A stretch of 64,000 nt of DNA from Candidatus Latescibacterota bacterium. Its GTDB lineage: Bacteria > Latescibacterota > UBA2968 > UBA8231. The first letter of the stretch is position 1. Every line of letters starts with the position of its first letter. The position numbers and the translations under genes were made by a program. Of this stretch, positions 57,350 through 64,000 are shown in pieces. Under the pieces are notes generated by a model. The model did not search any database, was not told the DNA's origin, and saw nothing but the letters and a program-made list of their open reading frames with translations. The DNA lies in NCBI GenBank assembly GCA_965248265.1, contig CBDFJF010000001.1, positions 1-64,000 on the forward strand. Direction: 5' to 3'.

Positions 57350-57572
57350 TGGTGACTCTCCTTTTTTGGGCGGGGTGGTGCCACTACCCTGGGGGCCGGC
57401 CTGTTGAACCGCCCACCGTTCATGGGTTTCACCTAAGACTACTGTGATCGCCGGCGACCGCAAGTGGGCAAGTTTGATTGCTGCCCATACAAGGCTGTCC
57501 CTATGTTGTCGTCCAATCGTCTGAGTAGATGGTAGTCCACCCTGTTCCACTTCACCTACCGCGGGAGCCCCC

Positions 57573-58772
57573 ATGTACGCCGTCGGCGATGAAGAGATAG
57601 AAGCGATTGCGCGAGTGATCCGCAGCGGGGAGTTGTTCCGCTACCACGAGGGTGGCGAGTGCCAGCGTTTCGAGCAACGCTACGCAGAATTCCTCGGCGT
57701 CGACCATGTGACCCTGACCGCCAGCGGCACCAACGCCCTTACCGCCGCCGTCATCGCCCTTGGATTGGGCCCTGGGGATGAGGTCCTGGTACCGGCCCAT
57801 ACCTACATGGCCACGGCCCTTGCTGTACTGGCGTCCGGCGCCATACCCGTCATCGTCGATGTCGACGAAAGCATCACCATCGATCCTGCTGCCATCGACG
57901 CCGCCGTGGGGCCGCACACCCGGGCAGTCATCCCGGTCCACATGTGGGGGGCGGTCTGCGACATGAACTCGATCATGGAGGTCGCAGCCAAACGCAGTCT
58001 GCGGGTCATCGAGGATGGCTGCCAGGCCGTCGGCGGCAGCTACGAAGGCCGCAAGGTCGGGACCATCGGCGACATCGGTGCCTTCAGCTTCAACTACTTC
58101 AAGAACATGACAGCTGGTGAAGGAGGCGCGGTGGTCTCGGATGATGCTGAACTGATCCGCAGAGCCAAGTGCGTTATCGACCCCTGCCAGTTTTATTGGG
58201 CCGGCCGAGAAGAAGACTTCATGCCCTTTGCCTCCAACGGCACCCGTGCCAACGAGTTCCAGGGTGCACTCCTCAATATCCAACTGGACCGCATCGAGGG
58301 CATCATCGACGCACTGCGTGCTGAAAAGCGTCAGATCCTCCGCCGCATCAGCCACCTTCAGGAACCCGGACTGGAATTCACACCGCAACACAGCCCTGAG
58401 GACGAATGCGCCGCCAAGGTCATGCTGCTGCTGCCGACATCGACCGCCGCAGAACGCTTCGTCGAGGTGTTGCCTGCCGTCATCGCCGGCAAAACCGGTC
58501 GCCACAACTATGTCGAGTGGGATCAGATCCTGATGCAGCAAGGCGCCGCCCATCCCCTGATGAACCCCTATAACATGGAAGCCAACAGGGGATGCCGGCG
58601 GGACTACTCAAAGGACATGTGCGCGCGTTCGCTGGAGATACTCGATCGGACGGTGATGGTGGCCACTGATCCGAGCCACACTCAGGAGCAAGTTGATCAG
58701 ATCGTCAGCAACATCGAGGCAGCGACCATGGCGGCCCTGGGCAAGGAGGTCACAGACGCGACACCTGCTTAG
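57573..58772 (+). CDS. DegT/DnrJ/EryC1/StrS aminotransferase
   Basis: SGT.AL, PVHMWG, IED.CQ, FSFN..K...GEGG. Confidence 0.9.
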   Translation: MYAVGDEEIEAIARVIRSGELFRYHEGGECQRFEQRYAEFLGVDHVTLTASGTNALTAAVIALGLGPGDEVLVPAHTYMATALAVLASGAIPVIVDVDESITIDPAAIDAAVGPHTRAVIPVHMWGAVCDMNSIMEVAAKRSLRVIEDGCQAVGGSYEGRKVGTIGDIGAFSFNYFKNMTAGEGGAVVSDDAELIRRAKCVIDPCQFYWAGREEDFMPFASNGTRANEFQGALLNIQLDRIEGIIDALRAEKRQILRRISHLQEPGLEFTPQHSPEDECAAKVMLLLPTSTAAERFVEVLPAVIAGKTGRHNYVEWDQILMQQGAAHPLMNPYNMEANRGCRRDYSKDMCARSLEILDRTVMVATDPSHTQEQVDQIVSNIEAATMAALGKEVTDATPA

Positions 58773-59854
58773 CGTCCGAATCCATCGCTGTTGAAGACCG
58801 TCAGTATCCGGCCCTCTGTGTTGCCGTTGCCGATGATGGCAACCTCGAGGTCTTCCTCGCTCGCTTCCGGATTGGTGATTGGGCTGGTATAGGCCAGGTA
58901 GTAGATGCTGTTGGCGCCATCCGCGATCTCCTCCTGAATGCGCAGAAAAGTATCTGCCAGACCTCCCACCTCGTCCGCTTCAAAGAACCCATCCGTCGAC
59001 AAAGACAACTGCTGTAATGGTCCACGCTCGAGATCGGGGCTGTCCAGCGCGGCCACGAAAATCTTCTTGGGGTTCCCGCTCAAATTCTGCATGGCCGTCA
59101 GCGCGTCCTGGACATCCAGATTGGGGTCGGCATTGTGAAAGCCGTCGGTGAAGATCACCAGACTGCCATCGGTAACCTCATCCGTGCTGATGACGTCCTC
59201 CCACCGGTTGGACACATGGATGATGGCGCCGAACAGATTGGTCGAGTCGAACAGTTCCTCCTCCTTGATCGATTCGATGGCACTGACCAGGGTTTCGGTG
59301 TCGTCGGTAAAGTCCACCAGTAACGTCGGATCCTGATCGAATACGTAAATGGCGAATACCTGTCGCGGTTGCTTGTCGTTCACGAGAGCGATCGTCGCTT
59401 CCTTGATCTGGGCGACCAGGCCCTCCACACTTGAGCTGACGTCGAGGAGGAGCACGGTTGGCACCGTGAAATCCAGCGCGTCAGTATCCAGTTTGAGATC
59501 AGCTTCGACGCCGGTCTTGCGACCGTTCTCGGCGACGACGAAATCGGACGCCGCCAACCCGGCCACTCCGCGACCGTCCTCATCCCTGACCTGCAGCAGA
59601 ATCCGCACCGTCCGAGTATCCGGATCGACGTCGACACCGAACAACTGCATCGCGTAGCGCTTGTCACGATCATGGCGGCAGGTGCCGTTATCCTGCGTGG
59701 CACTGCGGTTGAAATTGGTGGCGGCGATGTCCGTACACCCCTGCACCTGTAGTTCATCTGGAAGACCAACAGGGTTGTCGTCGTTACCGCATGAGTACAA
59801 GAAGACGGCGACGATTCCTGCGACGGCGGTCGCAGTCCAGTTTCCTTTGACCAT
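58769..59854 (-). CDS. VWA-domain lipoprotein
   Basis: Lipobox LYSC, GCTD..A.NF repeat, LLLDVSSS MIDAS, FTDG. Confidence 0.8.
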   Translation of the reverse strand: MVKGNWTATAVAGIVAVFLYSCGNDDNPVGLPDELQVQGCTDIAATNFNRSATQDNGTCRHDRDKRYAMQLFGVDVDPDTRTVRILLQVRDEDGRGVAGLAASDFVVAENGRKTGVEADLKLDTDALDFTVPTVLLLDVSSSVEGLVAQIKEATIALVNDKQPRQVFAIYVFDQDPTLLVDFTDDTETLVSAIESIKEEELFDSTNLFGAIIHVSNRWEDVISTDEVTDGSLVIFTDGFHNADPNLDVQDALTAMQNLSGNPKKIFVAALDSPDLERGPLQQLSLSTDGFFEADEVGGLADTFLRIQEEIADGANSIYYLAYTSPITNPEASEEDLEVAIIGNGNTEGRILTVFNSDGFGR

Positions 59855-59999
59855 GTTATTTCCGTGTCACGGTGTGATGTTGGCGGGGAATCCAACAGAC
59901 TCCACCCGGGGGGAGCCGGGAGGGAGAGAGTGCCTCATACTCAATGGTAATATACAAGGATGGAAATGCGCGAGCCCAAATTGTGGACCCCCGCATCGA

Positions 60000-60977
60000 C
60001 TATCCGGGCCGGCGCGCCCGCATCAGGTCCTCTCCCAGGCGCTCGATATCAACGAAGCCGGCCTCCGACAGCCAGTGGCGGTACTCCATTTCGGTGTAGG
60101 CCTGACCGGCCTCATATATGTTGACGAATACCAGGTTGAAGGCCACGGTGTCAACCGGCGATTGCCTCGAGTTGTCGAGGATATGGCCGCTGATGTAGAT
60201 GACCGCCTCCGGCCGCAGACCGGTCCACACGCTGGCCAAAGCACGGACAATCTGATCCGGTGCCAAAACCTGAATGAAATTGCGCAGAATGGCCGCCCCG
60301 AAATCGCCCTGCAGCGAACCTTCAACGACGTCGGCGGCCACGACACTGATTCGCCCAGCCGCATCGGCCTGCTCTATGAAATACCTGGTGTGAGGGGTCA
60401 CCGCGGGAAGATCTACGACGGTGACTTCAAGCTGCGGCAGGGCCTCCGTCAAGCCGATAGCGAAGCCGCCGGAGCCGCCGGCTACATCGACGACAGGGCT
60501 ATCGGCGGCGTCAAACCACGAGGCAAACTCCCGCCCGTCTGCCATGGCGTTGGGATGCAGTCCGCTGAAAAAAGAGCGCGACTCCGAAGCCGGCATGCTC
60601 GCAAAGTCCTTGCGGGCATGCGGGCGTCCGTCGCGGATGGAATCCGCAGTGTGACCCAGCGCTTGCCACAGCTCCGACCACAGGTGATGGCGCTCCAGCA
60701 TGCTGCCTTCACGCCCGCGAACCAGATAATCTGCTGACTCCTCCGTGTTGGCAAAACACTCCCCTTCTACTGTGAGCAGACCGGCATTGACGAGAGCGTA
60801 CAGTAGTACCCGTAGCCTGGACGCGTCGGTATCGGTGACAGCGGCAAGCTGAATTGCGCTCAGCGGCCCGTCGGCCAGCGCCGTGAACAGGTCCAGCTGC
60901 ATGCCGGCCAGCAGTGCGAACGAAGGATACACGGCACTGCGCAAGGCCTCGATTCTCTGTGGCAGCCGATCGCTCAT
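60000..60977 (-). CDS. SAM-dependent O-methyltransferase (dimerisation plus Methyltransf_2)
   Basis: LDLF..L, VDVAGGSG, VVDLP. Confidence 0.85.
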   Translation of the reverse strand: MSDRLPQRIEALRSAVYPSFALLAGMQLDLFTALADGPLSAIQLAAVTDTDASRLRVLLYALVNAGLLTVEGECFANTEESADYLVRGREGSMLERHHLWSELWQALGHTADSIRDGRPHARKDFASMPASESRSFFSGLHPNAMADGREFASWFDAADSPVVDVAGGSGGFAIGLTEALPQLEVTVVDLPAVTPHTRYFIEQADAAGRISVVAADVVEGSLQGDFGAAILRNFIQVLAPDQIVRALASVWTGLRPEAVIYISGHILDNSRQSPVDTVAFNLVFVNIYEAGQAYTEMEYRHWLSEAGFVDIERLGEDLMRARRPG

Positions 60978-61690
60978 TCGATCATTGATCCAGCGACCGA
61001 GTGACGACGCGCGATTAGCAGACCCTCTTCACGAGATACCTGGATGGCGAAATCGAAGGTGTCGATCTGCAAGGCCATCTCGAGATCAGCTACCGGCTTG
61101 AAGGGCATCTCCGGCGACCCGAACCCATCAGCCTCGTGCCCGCAGCGCGCCAGGCTCATCACCGCCTCCGGTTCAGGGCGTCGGCCCTGAAGGCGGTTGC
61201 GCAGATAGAGGGCGCACAGCTCGTCTTCATCCCCGCGCACCACACCGCGACTGCCCATCGCCAGGATCGTCACCAGCTCCGGCGCAGCCTGCTGGATGGC
61301 CCGGCAAGTGGCTTCGGCAATGACGAAGGAAGCGGCGAACATGGGTCCACCAGCGGGCACGGCACAGGCTCCCACCGTGCCGGCTCGAGTCGACTGGATG
61401 ATGGTCTTGCCGCGCACATCCGCATCCGGTGCTTGCGACAGCTCATGAGGTGAGTTGCCGAAATCGAAACCCTCCGGCCTCTTGCCGCCGACCTCTCCCA
61501 TGCACAGCTCACCAACCCCGTCCTCGCGCAGCCTCAAAGCCTCTTCGGGTTCGGCCACCAGGACGATGCGCTCGGCCCCCTTGGAGAAGGCAACCGAAGC
61601 CGTGGTATAGGCCCGGAATACATCGATGACGACGACGGTACCGCGGGCACGGTGCGCCCCTTCGATGAGGCTCTCGATGCGTATGTCCAC
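60974..61690 (-). CDS. comB: 2-phosphosulfolactate phosphatase family
   Basis: VVIDVFRA.TT, GE..G....GFDFGNSP, T..GT, EDE.CA. Confidence 0.85.
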   Translation of the reverse strand: MDIRIESLIEGAHRARGTVVVIDVFRAYTTASVAFSKGAERIVLVAEPEEALRLREDGVGELCMGEVGGKRPEGFDFGNSPHELSQAPDADVRGKTIIQSTRAGTVGACAVPAGGPMFAASFVIAEATCRAIQQAAPELVTILAMGSRGVVRGDEDELCALYLRNRLQGRRPEPEAVMSLARCGHEADGFGSPEMPFKPVADLEMALQIDTFDFAIQVSREEGLLIARRHSVAGSMIE

Positions 61691-61697
61691 GGTGGGC

Positions 61698-63305
61698 TCA
61701 GCTGAGCTGCAGTGCGCTCGAAGGATGGAAGCTGGTCGAAGAAGCCTCGCTCAACGGCCGCTGCAGATGCTCAGGGGCCGAACCATTCAGAAGGCATCCC
61801 GTTTCCAGTACGGGGAAGATTTCATCCAACCGGGCGCTGTGTTCCATGTTGACACGCCGATAAATGAGCGTCCTGTTCAGTTCCACCAGGCTGTCGTAGC
61901 CGGCTGCGGCCATGAGTTCACGCACAGCCTTCACGGTCTCGCCGTGGAAAGCCTCTATGCGTCCGCGTTTGTCGGAGACCACGAGGCCAGCCGTCAACCC
62001 GGGTTGGTGGGTTGTAATACCCGTAGGGCAGCTGTTCTTGTTGCACTCCAATGCCTGGATGCAGCCCAGCGCCAGCATCATCCCGCGGGCGCTGTAGCTC
62101 ATGTCCGCACCCAGACACAAAGCCCGGACGATGTGAAACCCGGTGAAGACTTTCCCGCTGGCGGCAACACGGATGTCCTTTTTCAGATTGAACCCGACCA
62201 GGGCATCGATGACGAACGCAAGGCCATCCCGCAATGGGGTGCCGACGGAGTTGGAGTACTCCGGGGGCGCTGCACCTGTGCCGCCCTCGCCGCCGTCGAC
62301 GGTGATGAAGTCCGGACTTATGCCGGTCTCGACCATGGCCTTGCACACGGCCATGAACTCGCTGCGCCTGCCGACACACAACTTGAAGCCAATCGGCTTG
62401 CCGTGCGATAGCTCGCGCAAGTGCTGAACAAACTCCATCATCTCGATCGGCGTCGAAAAAGCCTTATGTGAGGCCGGGGAGATGACATCCGTCCCGGGTT
62501 CCACGTTGCGGATGGCGGCGATCTCAGGCGTATTCTTGGCAGCCGGCAGGATGCCTCCATGTCCTGGCTTGGCACCTTGGGACAACTTGATCTCAATCAT
62601 TTTCACGGCTGGCGTGGCCGCGTTCTTGCTGAACAAGTCGGGATCGAAGGCCCCCTCCTTGGTCCGGCAGCTGAAATAGCCAGTACCGATCTGCCAGATC
62701 AGATCGCCACCGGGCTCGAGGTGGTACGGACTGAGCCCACCCTCGCCGGTGTTGTGCGCGAAATTGCCGAGCTTGGCGCCACCATTGAGCGCCAGCACCG
62801 CGTTCTTGCTCAGGGCACCGTAGCTCATGGCCGAAATGTTCAGAATGCTGGCGCTGTAGGGTTGGTCGCAGGCAGGTCCCCCAACGTCGACCCGCAGGTC
62901 TTCGTCCATTTCCAGGGCGTTCTTCGCTGCCAGGGAGTGGTTCATCCATTCGTAGCCTGCCCGGTAGACGTCAAATTCAGTGCCAAAGGGAATGGTGTCG
63001 GACGCGCGCTTGGCCCGCTGATAGACGACCGAACGGTAGACCCGGTTGATCGGCGTGCCATCCACGTCCGACTCGATGAAGTACTGGTAGATCTTCGGGC
63101 GCAGCGACTCCATGATGTAACGACCACGGCCAAACACTGGAAAATTGCGGACGATGCTCTTGCTCCTCTGAAGCATGTCCCAAACCCCGAGCACGAACAC
63201 CGGTCCGACAACGACAAACAGCCATAGCATGGGCGTCCATACCACGGCGGCGCCTAAGATGGCGGCGATCAAGAGTAACGACACAACCAGAAACTGTGTT
63301 CGCAT
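61698..63305 (-). CDS. FMN-binding glutamate synthase family protein
   Basis: SAMSYGALS, NTGEGG, EIKLSQGAKPG, DGGEGGTGA, C..N.CP.GI. Confidence 0.92.
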   Translation of the reverse strand: MRTQFLVVSLLLIAAILGAAVVWTPMLWLFVVVGPVFVLGVWDMLQRSKSIVRNFPVFGRGRYIMESLRPKIYQYFIESDVDGTPINRVYRSVVYQRAKRASDTIPFGTEFDVYRAGYEWMNHSLAAKNALEMDEDLRVDVGGPACDQPYSASILNISAMSYGALSKNAVLALNGGAKLGNFAHNTGEGGLSPYHLEPGGDLIWQIGTGYFSCRTKEGAFDPDLFSKNAATPAVKMIEIKLSQGAKPGHGGILPAAKNTPEIAAIRNVEPGTDVISPASHKAFSTPIEMMEFVQHLRELSHGKPIGFKLCVGRRSEFMAVCKAMVETGISPDFITVDGGEGGTGAAPPEYSNSVGTPLRDGLAFVIDALVGFNLKKDIRVAASGKVFTGFHIVRALCLGADMSYSARGMMLALGCIQALECNKNSCPTGITTHQPGLTAGLVVSDKRGRIEAFHGETVKAVRELMAAAGYDSLVELNRTLIYRRVNMEHSARLDEIFPVLETGCLLNGSAPEHLQRPLSEASSTSFHPSSALQLS

Positions 63306-63362
63306 GCCAGGTAACCTTTCCTAATAATCCCGCTATCAGTTTCTACAGTTGATATGGTGAAC

Positions 63363-63435
63363 GATCGCGATACTACTGCGGATCGCGATACTACTGCGGA
63401 TCGCGATGCTACTGCGGATCACAAATACTACTGCG
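63363..63435. repeat. 18-bp tandem repeat, about 4 copies (GATCGCGATACTACTGCG)
   Basis: Copies start 63363, 63381, 63399, 63417; last overlaps SDR stop. Confidence 0.85.
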
Positions 63436-64000
63436 CCGTGTACCCCCCGTCGACGGACAGCACGGATCCCGTGACCATCGACGCTGCGTCTGACGCCAGA
63501 AAAAGCACGCTGCCGACTACCTCCTCCGGGTCGGCAATACGGCCGAGCGGCACCTTGTCGACGACACGCTGGCGAAACTCCGGTTCAGCTTCCATGGCTC
63601 CTCTCACCATCGGCGTGTCGAACGGTGAGGGCGCCACCGCGTTGACGCGAATTCCTAAGGGTGCCCATTCGACGCCGAGACTGCGTGTCAGCTGAATGAC
63701 GCCCCCCTTGCTGGCGCAGTAGGCGATGCTGTGCGGCAGCCCAACAAGCCCGCCGATGGATGAAAAGTTGATGATCGAACCCTTCCTCTGATCAAGCATG
63801 ACGCGACCGATACGCTGGCAACACAGGAACACACCCTTCAGATTCACGTCGATGACGTGGTCCCAATCCTGCTCCGTGAACTCGGCAGCCGGCATTCTCC
63901 GCGTGATGCCATGACTGTTGACGAGGATGTCAATACGGCCGAACTCGGCACACAATTGGTCGGTCAGTTCTTGAACGGAGTCTGACACCGTGACATCAAC
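63428..64000 (-). CDS. SDR family oxidoreductase (5' end outside window)
   Basis: DILVN, VNL.G, Y.ASK, VDGG. Confidence 0.88.
   Translation of the reverse strand, partial: VDVTVSDSVQELTDQLCAEFGRIDILVNSHGITRRMPAAEFTEQDWDHVIDVNLKGVFLCCQRIGRVMLDQRKGSIINFSSIGGLVGLPHSIAYCASKGGVIQLTRSLGVEWAPLGIRVNAVAPSPFDTPMVRGAMEAEPEFRQRVVDKVPLGRIADPEEVVGSVLFLASDAASMVTGSVLSVDGGYTAQ

Overview
The window has two parts. (1) About 1-33,336 is the right-hand ~33 kb of a Mu-like transposable prophage; its left end and distal tail genes lie outside the window. A central control region (cI-like repressor and Ner/Cro-like gene) separates a leftward late operon from a rightward early operon. The late operon encodes an M15 endolysin, holin, terminase, fused portal/head-morphogenesis protein, protease/scaffold, gpT-like capsid, two paralogous tail-tube genes, a tail chaperone with a -1 frameshift site and a tape measure protein. 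The early operon encodes a DDE transposase, MuB-like ATPase, a stand-alone receiver protein, a GemA-like protein, many small ORFs and a DnaC-like ATPase. It ends at a candidate TGT-type terminus near 33,336. The most striking unexplained signal is five same-orientation 28-bp dif/Xer-like sites (CGATAA-N6-TTA...GAGT) at gene junctions in the accessory early region (27.4-30.1 kb), suggesting a recombinase-site-delimited gene-cassette array. (2) About 33,440-64,000 is host DNA. It holds a signalling-rich block (TonB-dependent receptor, YfiR-like protein, several hybrid kinases, FapA-like protein), a promoter/structured leader/terminator ahead of a tiny HTH gene, and ordinary metabolic genes. No rRNA, tRNA or CRISPR array was seen. 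All calls come from reading motifs by eye; no searches were run.
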